A DNA stretch of 63,871 bases, counting the filler, from Saprolegnia diclina VS20 (lineage: Eukaryota): NCBI RefSeq assembly GCF_000281045.1. It is 3 parts of 2 records of this genome, joined end to end, with 100 filler letters (N's around TTAATTAATTAA, not from the genome) between each part and the next. Parts side by side here need not be neighbours in the genome. Positions count along the whole stretch, not along the records: positions 1 to 25,839 come from NW_008246152.1; positions 25,940 to 50,407 come from NW_008246152.1; 1 more part is not named here. The stretch is one strand, 5' to 3'. Below, piece by piece: positions 24,643 to 35,932 of this stretch; positions within the stretch are counted from its first letter, which is position 1, and each line of letters opens with the position of its first letter. Below the pieces are notes generated by a model. The model did not search any database. It had not been told where the DNA came from and worked only from the letters and a program-made list of their open reading frames with translations. The position numbers and the translations under genes were made by a program.

Positions 24643-25064
24643 TTACACCACACTACTCGACGTCGGTTTTTCGACGAGTGGCATTTGCACGGCGATGGGC
24701 GAGAACGTTGGCAGCTCGACGTACGGCACAACGAGAGTTGGCGGCGGCGCAACGGCCTCCTTGGCTTGAACCTTGGCTCGAGAATCGCAGCTTTTCGAGC
24801 TCGAATTGCAGAGCTCACAGAACTCACAGAACGTGCACCAAGCACACACACACCAGCTGGTGTCGCAGTTGCAGCAGGCATACGAGTTGGTGCGCTGGTC
24901 GCAACCACAGAGATCGCATCCGTTGCAGTCGCAGTCGCACGCGTTGCAGCTGCAGTCGCAGTTGCAGTCGCAGTCGTCTAAACATCAGTCATCTGTCGAG
25001 CGTCAAATGCGTTATGCTGCTTCCTGCAACCGGATGCGGCACCTGTATGCCAACAAATTACCAT
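24643..25064 (-). CDS. Small cysteine-rich, metallothionein-like protein (118 aa, 2 exons: 25064-25043, 24977-24643)
   Basis: Spliced translation MVICWHTDDCDCNCDCSCNACDCDCNGCDLCGCDQRTNSYACCNCDTSWCVCAWCTFCEFCELCNSSSKSC...SSSVV*. The 65-nt GT..CTGAT..AG intron has the required phase 1. Confidence 0.65.
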
Positions 25065-25336
25065 AAAAAAGCCATTTCGCTCACCTATTTATCCAATATG
25101 TTTTGATTAACATGGGTTTGGCATGGAATATGCGAATTAATGCCAAAGGGCGTTCTTTTCCGGAGAGGGGTTTTGTGTGCGGTTGTGCAAAGCTTAAACC
25201 GTCGCGGGAGGGTTAAAAAGGTGAAGGACTGGAATTCATCCACAGGAATTCACCAACTAATATCAATGTCAAACCACTCCTACGGTCACTGAACCTACTA
25301 TTATAATACTTATTTATGTATGCTATCTTAGAGGCT

Positions 25337-25839
25337 CTAGAGCGGAGAGCCACCGAAACCTAGTGCCCCAAGACCAGCAAAGACATCAACTAAGCCAGGG
25401 CGGTGTTCTATCGCCAAGCGCGGAACGCGAGGAGGTGGCTTGGGCTTCTTCTTGGGTCCAAGTGGCCAGAGCCCGACCTCGCGCAGTCGACTCAGTTTTC
25501 GTTCCCGTCGCTGCTGGTACGTGGTGTTGCCGTCGTCCGTGTGCTCTTCTGGCGTCTCGGTGATGGATGGCAGCTGCGGCGGCGCTGCGAGGATGGCCGA
25601 CATTGGCATGGCATCCTCACACGACCACCGCTCGTCGTCGTCGTCGTCATTCGACTCGATCATGATGGGCGTGTCGTCGATGCCACCGCAGCGTGGACAT
25701 TCAAACAGGCGGCTTGAGACCGCGCGGTACCACTTGTCTAGAGCCCTTGCCGCGTCCATCGTCACAACCTCGACCGTCACGTTCGCTGCGTTGAGCTCCA
25801 GCTGCAAATTTCGGATGACTTCATCCGCTGCAGCCGACT
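25337..25839 (-). CDS. 3' part of a hypothetical protein, 5' end lost in the gap
   Basis: Open frame from the gap edge to stop 25337, containing CPRC, an acidic tract and a basic PKKKPK stretch. Confidence 0.5.
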
Positions 25840-25939
25840 NNNNNNNNNNNNNNNNNNNNNNNNNNNNNNNNNNNNNNNNNNNNTTAATTAATTAANNNNN
25901 NNNNNNNNNNNNNNNNNNNNNNNNNNNNNNNNNNNNNNN
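25840..25939. other. Assembly gap with artificial six-frame-stop linker
   Basis: N44-TTAATTAATTAA-N44, exactly 100 bp. Confidence 0.98.
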
Positions 25940-26164
25940 GCCCTCACGCTGCCTGCCACGGTGTATATCGCCAGCTCCAGCCGGTCGTAATCGTGGCGTG
26001 TGTGCTAACCGCGACGCCAACCGTTAAGAAAAAGCAACGCATTTTTTTCAAACCGACTGGATCTTTGTATGTGGACGCGTAGGGTGCAAAAAAAATACAC
26101 CGCTCGCAGTGCCACGGTCAAGGCGTCACAGTTGACGTTTTGCCACCAAGTCCAGACCCGGCCG

Positions 26165-29149
26165 ATGGCTCGTCAAGCACCGCCGGGCGTCCCGCCCGAG
26201 GTCATGCAAGTGCTCGAGTTCTTCTTCGACAGCGGGATCTTCCCCATCCTCATGCTCGGCCTCTTTGCCTACAAGCTGCTGCCGGCGACCGACCCGATCC
26301 TGAGCCTCGTACGTCCATCGCTTGCTATGCATCATATTGCTCATCTGCGCATTATGCGTTGCAGGAGCAAGTGAACCGGAAGCGGCCCAAGTTTGGCAAG
26401 CGCCACGTGGCCTTCAAGACCGACCTGGTACGCGCTATCGCATGGGCGAAGGCGATCATCGTCCTCGATACGCTTGTGTAGAAGTGCTACATTGGCTCCG
26501 AGACAGGGCCCGACGGCAAGACCAAGGTGCTTGGCGACAACGTGTGTGGCCGCCAAGTCTGGCGTCCCCATGGTACACTGCATATGCGAAGCATGCGACG
26601 CTCAGACGCCATCAACGCTAGGCGAGACGATCGAGCTCCCGCCCTTCTCGGCGGCCGAGAACCCCAACGCCGGCGACAAGCTCTTTCGCCAGCTCATGCT
26701 CCAGGGCAAGAAGGCGTCGGCGCCGACGACTCCCGCGTCCTCCAACGTGGAAGAAGCGCTGCTCAAGGCCATTGACTTTTACCAGCTCCTCCAGGTCCGC
26801 CTCCGTTCTCTATCTCTTCTCACGCACCTTGGCGAGATAGAGTGAGGATGGGTCGTGGCAAGGCGACTATGGCGGTCCGATGTTTCTCCTTCCTGGCCTC
26901 GTTGTCGTCTGCTACATCACGGGCCACGACGTTGGCCAGTCGATGAAGAACGGCATGGTCGTCCTCCTCAAGAACCACCAGCAGCTCGACGGCGGCTGGG
27001 GCATGCACATTGAAGAGGGCTCGACCATGTTTGGCACCGTCATGAACTACGTGGCGCTGCGTCTTCTCGGTACGACCCATCGTCCATTCTGCGTGTCCTC
27101 ATGCTCTTTCGCTAGGCGTGCCGGCCACCGACGACGCGTGCATGGAGGCCCGCGGGTTCATCCGTCGCCACGGTGGCGCGACGCTGGTCCCGTCGTGGGG
27201 CAAGTTTTACCTCTCGGTCCTCAACATCTACGACTACGCCGGCATGGACTCGGTGCCGCCCGAGATGTGGTGCCTCCCGTCCTGGTTCCCGTTCCATCCC
27301 GGTCGCATGTGGGTGCACTGCCGCATGGTACGTTATTCGTATCTGTCATCTTCTTGTCACGGAGGCTCATGAATGATATACGCTAGGTCTACTTGCCTAT
27401 CTCGTACTTGTACGGCCGTCGGTACCAAGCGCCGCTCACGCCGCTGCTCAAGGAACTCCGTGAAGAGCTCTACATGACGCCATATGCGCAAGTGTCGTGG
27501 TCGGCGGCCCGGGGCGCGTACTGTCCGCTGGACGAGTACCACCCGCCGTCCTTCCTTATGCGGGCCGCCAACTACCTGCTGTCGTGGTACGAGCTGCTGC
27601 CTGCGATCACGCCGTTCCGCCGCCGTGGCCTCGAGTATGCGATGCAGTTCATTCACGCCGAAGACGAACAGACCAACTACTGCGGCATTGGGCCGGTCAA
27701 CAAGGTCATGAACATGCTCGCTGTCTGGGTCGACGACCCGACTTCGGACGCGTTCAAGAAGCACCAGCAGCGCATTGAAGATTACCTCTGGTACACTGTT
27801 CGATCCCCGCCATTCTGGGTTTTTACATATTTTTCTGTGTAGGGTTGCGGAAGATGGCGTCAAGATGCAAGGCTACATCGGGTCGCACACGTGGGACACG
27901 AGCTTTGCGATCCAGGGCTACTTTGAAGCGGGTCTTGGCCTCCGCGACGTCAACACAAAGATGGTCGCCCGCGCGTACCACTACCTTGAGCAAGCGCAGA
28001 ACCGCCATGAAATCGAAAACCGCGCGTACTGGTGGCGCAGCGAGCAAAAGGGCGGCTGGGGCTTTGGCCCGTCGGCCAACGGGTACCCGGTCACCGACTG
28101 CACGGGCGAGGCCATGAAGGCCATGATGCTCATCGACGCGCACGCCGGCGACGATGTGGTTGCGACCAAGTTGCCGTTTGAGCGCTACTGCGAAGCGGTC
28201 GACTTTTTGCTGGCGCTTCAGAATGACGACGGTGCGTCACATTCTTCTCGGGGTCGCTCATGGACAATGGCATGTAGGTGGCTTTCCCACGTATGAAAAG
28301 AGCCGCGGGTTCGAGTGGTACGAGTACCTCAATCCCGCAGTCATCTTTGGCGGCATCATGATCGACTACTCGTACATTGAGTGCTCGTCGACGTCGCTCT
28401 GCGCGCTGGTCATGTTCCACGAAAAGTACCCGAGTTACCGCCCCGAGAAGATTCGCCGGTCCATCAAGCGCGCTGAGACGTTCATTCGCCACCAGCAGTT
28501 TGCCGATGGCAGCTTCTTTGGCAAGTGGGGCGTCTGCTACCTCTACGGCACGTGGTTTGCGGTTGTCGGGTACGCATTGTCTCTTTGTGTTTGGACACAT
28601 TGTCATCGACTTCGTATAGGCTGCGTGGCGCCGGTGCGACCGAGGACGACGAAGATGTCAAAGATGCGGTCAAGTTTGTGTGCTCCAAGCAGCGCGCGGA
28701 CGGCGGCTGGACCGAGAGCTTCTTTGGCTGCGTGAGCAAGCGCTACCTCGAGACGGAAGAGAGCCAAGTGGTGTCGACTGCGTGGGCGCTTCTCGGTGCG
28801 TGCTGCTGCGGAGAGGGTCACGACATATGCTCATCGTGTGTATGTCTGATGTAGCGCTGATGAAGGGCATTGAGCGCAAGAACGGACCGCAAGATGGCTT
28901 TGAGAAGGAGTGGGACGTGGTGCGCCGGGGCATTCGGGTACGTTGCGAGGAGTCGGAAGAAGAGCTGGACGACTCATCGTTGGCTAGTTTTTGATGTCCA
29001 AGCAGCTTTCGAGTGGCGACTGGGACCAGGAGCGCATCTGCGGCGTCTTCAACCGCAGTTGCGGCATCACGTACACGGCGTTCCGCAACGTGTTTCCGTT
29101 CTGGGCGCTCGGTCTCTACCACAAGCTCCAGCCTGGGCAGTCGCTTTAA
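26165..29149 (+). CDS. LSS: 2,3-oxidosqualene cyclase, predicted lanosterol synthase, multi-exon
   Basis: GRQVW, GDYGGPMFLLPG, DGGWGMHIE, PSWGKFYL, HPGRMWVHCRMVYLP, GPVNK, MQGYIGS, VTDCTGE, DYSYIECS, QW-type repeats (QFADGSFFGKWG, QRADGGWTES), GVFNRSCGITY. Confidence 0.96.
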
Positions 29150-30222
29150 GCATACGACGTCGTTGCCTTGTGTAATGTATTGGGTTGCATCTGCGAGCAT
29201 CTTGTCCAAGCTGCCACCGTCGACAGCAACCGTTGTAGATTCAATATGACGTGGCACGCCCTCCTGTCGAATCTCCAGGACAGGATGCAGTCACCGCTAA
29301 GAACTCATAGGTCGATCTATGTATTTTGAGAGGTACTGAATCTTGATACGCGCCCCGACGACGGCAACCGAATCTTTCCGCGAGGGTTTGTCCCAATTGT
29401 CCCAACACGCGATCGACCCCATATCTCTCCTACCTCTGCGTGAGGCGTTGCGGACTTGCAGAAGAACCAAGCAGCATCGAGTATCTTCACGACTATTTTT
29501 CTCCTTTGAGCATCGACATCTTCGTCCTCTGTTCTCATGTGAAAATTTGAGAAAAGAATGCAATATGCAACAAATGAAAATGTCGGAAACGACGCTGGAA
29601 ACCATCATATTGCTGGAAACAAGCGCGAAAACTCCAAGTCCCAGCTCTCGTCAAGCCACGACTAGCCACATATGCGGGTTACAACGCAGTCGGCAGGTCC
29701 CGCAACGTGATGGTTGACGGGAGGAATTGAGGTTTCCTTTCGAAGACAACCTCGTAGACCTGCGAGAGGACGACATCGTTCAATGTCGAGACGCTTGTTC
29801 AAGAGCCCACAATTGCGACGCTGGCGGTATACTTGCTGGCCTACTACTCGCCTTCTCAAGCCCGTGCGCCCGGGCACGGTTTGCCCCAGAACCGATCTTG
29901 GGACAAACCTGTAAAATTTGGGCGCGAGAATCTACGAATGCGTTCTGAGAGGTTTCTAGTCGCCCTTTTCTTTGGATATTCTGCAGCATTTGATACATCC
30001 GAGCCCGCTTGAAGTTGCATGGTACGCGAAAACGGCTTGAAATTAATTTCCGCAACTTCAATTCGATCGATAAGCACGGTGTGTTTGTATGCAACATCCG
30101 ACAAGAAAAAAAAGACGCTTCTCCTGTTTTTTCTCGGCTGCTTGAAGACCTCTGGAACTCGATATTCGTGGCACGCGGAACCGACGCCGCAGTCGAGAAT
30201 ATCCCACCAAGTACCCAAGACG

Positions 30223-30945
30223 ATGATCAACAAGGTCCGCACGATCCAGAGCAGCAAGCGCGCCCGCGGCTCCGCGAAGAAGTCCAAGAAGCTCCAGCAG
30301 CTCGAGCTGCAGCAGGCCATGGAGGCCGCGACCCTCGACGAGCTCCTCATCGTCCCCCTCGTCCCGACGACCGAGACGACGAGCTCCAAGACGACCCCCA
30401 GCATGCCCAAGAAGCCCGATGACGCCCATGACGACGAGAAGACGGACGTCGAAGAAGACGAGAGCGACGCGAACGACGATGGCGACGAGGAAGACGTGGT
30501 CGTGATCGCGAGCCCGACAGCGTCGAGCGTCTGCACGCGCTTCCTCAGCAAGACCTTCTGGAGCCCCAAGGACATCAAGGCGCATGCGTCCGACCCGGAT
30601 GCGACCTTCTCGGTGAGCATCCCGAGCTTCCGCGACATGGACGAGGGGTACATTGCGTACAACGTCGTGGTCGAGACGCCGTACCACACGTGGGCGGTCG
30701 AGAAGCGCTACTCGGAGTTTGTGCTACTCGCGCAGACGCTGCAGCTCAAGGAGATCCACATGGACCTCCCGCCCAAGACGTGGTTCAAGGTCACACAAGA
30801 CACGGTCTTATCAGACCGGCGAGAGCGTCTCGAGGCGGCGTGCGTCGACCTCCTCCAGCGCGACAACATGGTGTCCATCGCCCTCGTGCGCGAGTTTTTC
30901 CAGCTCGACGTGTTTGCCATGAGCTTGACCGAGAGCTGCCCGTAA
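30223..30945 (+). CDS. PX (phox homology) domain protein, intronless
   Basis: C-terminal YIAYNVVV..W.VEKRYSEF..L...LPPKTWF....RRERLE...VREFF. Confidence 0.85.
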   Translation: MINKVRTIQSSKRARGSAKKSKKLQQLELQQAMEAATLDELLIVPLVPTTETTSSKTTPSMPKKPDDAHDDEKTDVEEDESDANDDGDEEDVVVIASPTASSVCTRFLSKTFWSPKDIKAHASDPDATFSVSIPSFRDMDEGYIAYNVVVETPYHTWAVEKRYSEFVLLAQTLQLKEIHMDLPPKTWFKVTQDTVLSDRRERLEAACVDLLQRDNMVSIALVREFFQLDVFAMSLTESCP

Positions 30946-31754
30946 ACGTCACGACCGCGCCCTCTGCATGGACGCCCGCTTGTGGTCTGGCCCTCCATCG
31001 ACAAAAATTCACACACGTCGCATCACCCGATGCCCCTGTACCATACCAACCTCAATAGCCTGCTAGCCCACCTCTCCATGCGAGACCTTATTATAAACCA
31101 TAAAATACCCTTCATTTCTACTACTCCGACGACGACAAGGCGCATCCGACGACCTTCATTCAGTCGCATCAGTCGCCAGCGGGCAACCGTGCAAGGATCG
31201 CGTCACTGTCGTCAGCAGCTTCAAGATATTTGTTCGAGCGACCGCGCCCCAGACTGTCGGCAGCAGCGTATCAAGGCCCTTGACAAGCAGTTGCAACCTT
31301 GGACGCAAGGGTTGCCGGCTCCTCGTCACTTCAGCTGCAGCAGAACGACGCATGGCTTCTCGAAGCGACCCTTGTCGCTTGCCTCGGATTCTTCCGTGTT
31401 CCTTGCCGCTCCTGCATCTCAAGGTTGCCGAGGGCAGCCGGCCATGTCCCCGCGGTCGATGCGTGCCATCAAGCAAGGTCATGGACCCTGGCATATTGGG
31501 ATGGTGGATCCATGCAGCTCCACCTCTCGCCTTTTCAAGCCCCTGTCATAAAGGCCAGCTGCAAGCCCATGTACGATATGGCGGTCGCCACCAGCTTGCG
31601 GTGGCTAAAGTTGTGACGTGGCGTCGTGTTGATGTGCGTGGATGTTTAGTTAGTCGAAGGGCGTCGACTACGATTGACATGAGATGGGCCAATCAGCAAG
31701 CGTCCACGCAGACTCGCGTATGATTGGTCCAAACGGAATTGCTCTGCTTTCAAC

Positions 31755-34166
31755 ATGTTGCTGCGGCGGAGCTTGAGCACCCAGCGGCGGTCGCTGCTCG
31801 GAAGCGAGTACCCCAAGCCGACGAAGAGCACCGCCAAGCTCGGTGCATACGTCCGCTGATGCCACGCCTCATGATGGAGCAATGTCGATAGTCTGCGGCA
31901 AGTGCGAAAACGTCCTCGTCGCCACGCACGACCTCTTCTTCCTCAACTGGTACGCCACATGCGCCGACCATATTTAGCCGGCGCGTAGGCTCAAGGGCGT
32001 GCACGTGGCGAGCTTCCAAAACATTGCACTCGAGAACGTCAAGACGGCGGCGCACCCGCGGTCGCCCAAGGAGCCCTGGAAGCACGCCAAGCTGCGCTGC
32101 TGCGCGTGCGACCAAGACGTTGCGACGCGCGCGAATGTCCGCGGCCAAGAGGCGACGCTCTTCTCGGCCAAGAACGTCTCGTTCCAGCTGCCGCTCGGCT
32201 CCAGCCCGATTGTGTCCATGTCCGGGCTGCCCTCGGACTTGATTCGCTTCTCGTCGTACGTCAAGAGCATCGCGTTGCCCGATAAGGATGGTACCATGGC
32301 CTTGTAGATGGGGCGACCTGCTGGCGCAGCTGACGGCGTCGCCCAAGCTTCGATCGGTCCTCAACATTCGCCAAGTACGTTTTTCATTTTCGCAACTGGA
32401 CGAGTAGTCGTATTGCACCATCCGACATCTCATAGGACCACGACACGACGCAGAGCGCGGCCAAGAAGGACCCGACGTCCGACTTTAAAGAATTCAACAC
32501 CAAGCTGCTCCTCGCCGAGTCGGGCGCCGAAGTGCTCTCGCTCATGGAAGCGCAGGTAGCTACCTCCATGGCGCATGATCGATGAACAGCCTCCTCCCCG
32601 CACCATAGCACCCGCGGTCGCTCAACCACGTCAATGTCCTTACAGCGTTTCAGCGGTTTGCCATGTTTCACATCCAGACGCACCGCGAGATCTTTGCCAT
32701 GGTAGGATTGTGGACAGAATGTCCTATCGATATGGCCATTCTTTGTATCAAGATATCAATAGAAACGCAAGCGCATGGGGGCGATGGCGTCGATGCCGTC
32801 GTCCGACAGTGACGACGACGACACGCTCATTGCACTCGAGCGCTCCAAGTACCAACGTCTGCATTTGGATACAATGCTCATCTACTCGACACGGTCCGTC
32901 AGACAACTTGTCCATTATTGTCCAGGCCTCCTTATGCGAGGGGTAGGTTTTGGACGTTTGTCGACGAGCTCGAGCGGCACGTGCAAATGCATTTGCATCT
33001 CGTGCCGTCGCGCTTCCTCCACGGCTTGATGAAGTCGCTCATCGGCCTGCAGCTTGCACCGTCCGGCGTCATGGCGTACGCTCCTATTTTTTCTGAATTT
33101 TTCCGAATTTTCCCGAATTTTGACATTTTTCTCGATATAGGAGCCTCGCACAGCAAGTGCTCTACCGCCTCGACCAAGATCGCATCACGCCCGAGCGGCT
33201 CGTGCATCTTTTGCATGGCTTTGCGTCGCTCTGCGCCGCGGTAGCGTCCATTCATTTCAAGCTTTCGTCTGTGAAAAAGCACGGGTTTTCGTAGGATCGA
33301 AGTGCCCAGGCGTGGCTGCCCGAGCTCTTTACGCGTGTGAGCGACTATGTCCTTGCGCAGACGGACCCGGTTTTGACGCCCGAGCTCCTCGGCATGCTCG
33401 CGTGGTCGTGCGCGGTCGCCCAAGTCCCGCATGTCGGCGTCGCCACCCAGCTCTTGGAGACAGCGAGGACGCACAAGAGCCCGAGCATGGCCTTTGCAAC
33501 CCAGGTGTACCAAGTCCACCTCGAAAACTGGCCTGGTGCGATAGTCTTATATTGCGAATGACTATGATCTTGACAGTCGCGTATAGGTACCCCACGGCTG
33601 CCCGACGCGACGCTCGAGACGTTCAAGGCCAAGCTCATGCAGCAGGTCGATTTGTTTCGTATCAACGTATCAACTCGTGCCTAACGCTCCGACTAGCAAC
33701 GCACCAACATCTCGTCGCATCTGCACCGGCAGATCTCGACGACACTGGAGCGCATGCAGATCCAGCACGCGAACGAACATGTGCTGTCCCAAGGGTACGC
33801 TTCCAACGAGCGCTATGCAGGCATGGACCTTGCATGCATTAGGTACTCGCTGGACATTGCGCTGGTTGACGCCAAGATTGGCATTGAAGTGAACGGCCCG
33901 ATGCACTACCAGCTACGGCGCAACCCGACCGAGCAGTACACCTGCCAAAGTCTATGGTCCCTTGTAGTCTTGTCGCTTGGCGTAGATGGCTCATGGGCTC
34001 GACCTTGCTCAAGATGCGCCACATCCAGCTAGAAGGCTGGACCGTGATCCAGGTGTCGCACTTGGACTTTACAAAGCTGCCGACGCCCAAGCAGCGCGAA
34101 GACTACCTCAGTCTACTCCTCGAAGTCGCTACCGCCAGCCGCGAGCGGCCACCGTCGCCGGCGTAG
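31755..34166 (+). CDS. Probable mitochondrial RAP-domain RNA-binding protein with an N-terminal Zn-binding domain, multi-exon
   Basis: Presequence-like MLLRRSLSTQRRSLL; KLVCGKC...WKHAKLRCCAC; helical middle region; RAP motif YSLDIAL..IGIEVNGPMHY...STLLKMRHIQLEGWTVIQVSH. Confidence 0.82.
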
Positions 34167-34765
34167 ACAGCGCGACCCACGTAGTGTATGTACACAGGAA
34201 TAGAGATCCAACTACTTCTTGGAATGGTACCGCATGCCATCTCGCGGAGAGCGGAGCAGGCGCGCGGAAGCCATTGACAGAGACATGCACGGCAATAGTG
34301 GCATCCCGCCCCAACGCAGCAAGATACAGTGCAGAGTGCTACGATGCGCTTGGCGTCGGCTCCATGACACACGTCTCTGTGGGCCTGCCAGCGTTGCTGG
34401 CCGCTGCTCGACCGCCAAAGGCTGTACAAGACGCCTGGCATGCATGGCCATGCCACGCCGTCGCCGCCATGGGCCATGGCGCGAGCCATCGCCATCGCTG
34501 CCATGGCTACTGCAAGCGGTAGCGGCAAGTCCGTGGCCGCGTCGCCGTCGTCCTTCTCTGCAGTCGCACCTTGTTGACGAATCCGGGTGCGACGTCGTAC
34601 TTAGGGGGAATTTTTGCGTATTTTCTCAACCGCCTGGTTCGATACACTGAGTGTTTGTATGCGCATCTGAGTAAAATGGAGAAATTCCGGTAAAGTGCGG
34701 TCGTCACAGTGCTTCTGGGCGGCCGCAACTTGCGCTTTCACACCTCTATACATAGCCGCTTCAAG

Positions 34766-35483
34766 ATGATGTCCAAGCGACGTGCGAACGGGAAGGACGG
34801 CAGCAAGCCCGAGATGGGCATGGCCCAGCGCATGACGCTCAAGATCCTCTCGCTCTATGACAGCACGACCAACGTCGACGCCATCATCCAGGAGCTGTAC
34901 CATCCCGAAGCGACGTTCTCGGACCCGCTGGTCGAAGGTACCCTCGTGTTCGCCGCCATGGCCTCGCCGCTCATGCGCGTCTAGTCTCGGGCCGCGACAA
35001 GGTGGCCGCCCAGTTCCGCGTCTTGCCGTCGTTTGTCGCGCAGTCGCATGCGACGTTGATCCGCGGCTCGATGGCGGGCGTGAGCATCCTTACGATTGAC
35101 AGGTAGATGCGACCAGCTGGGGCGGAGGCTCATCGACATCTTGTGCTAGCACGGTCACGTACAAGCTCAAGCCGTTCCCAGAGTACATGGGCGGCGCCTT
35201 GCGTATGTTTACGGTCATTGAGCTCGAAGACCAAAAGGTACAGACTTCGATCCTGCCGAACATACGCATTTAGCCTGCACATTATTAGGTCATTTCCCAC
35301 ACGGACCATTGGGACATTCGTTCGGTCTTGGAGAACGTGCCGATGCTCTCATTCTTCTACCGGCATTTGCGCACGAGCGTCGGGAGCGCGTCGTCGCACG
35401 TCATCAACGTCTTCTTGCCCGAGTCGTCGCCGCCGTCCGAGGAGAACCAGCTCCTCGACGCGCCGAGTACCGACCACGACTAG
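34766..35483 (+). CDS. SnoaL/NTF2-like fold protein, 4 exons
   Basis: LYHPEATFSDPLVEVSGRDKVAAQF...KVISHTDHWD, the typical SnoaL-like pattern. Confidence 0.8.
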
Positions 35484-35932
35484 GATTATCTCGTTAATAT
35501 AATAGTTTATAGCTGCGCCAGTAGACAAAGAAACGCAGATCGGCCTTTTCGTATCAACTTGATACTCGCCAACGCCAACGCGATCGAGTCCGTACAAACC
35601 AAACTCTGCAATGCTCCGCGTACAAGCAGTTGCCACGAGGCAGCTGCCTCATCGGGTGCTACATCTTGTGTACATCTTGTCTGCATTGAGAGGGGTGACG
35701 AGGCAGATGAAACCTTCCAACTACCCTACCCCTAGCAACACCATCTGAGGGCCAAACCCTCAATACTTTTATCAACATTGTATCAACCTTTTTTCTATAA
35801 TCCAGTGTCCAGTCGTTGTACGAAGCTCTTCCACTCGCACTAGCAAGTACCGGTTTATACCTAGCCCTACGTTCCGTTGCGAGAGAGCTGCTCTGACGTG
35901 CTGCGTCAATCTAGTTGAAAGTACTACATTCG

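Noticed and set aside
34464..34481. CGCCATGG-G-CCATGGCG inverted repeat within CCATGG-rich DNA
   Set aside because: An 8-bp arm is expected by chance in GC-rich low-complexity sequence; no element ends or target duplication.
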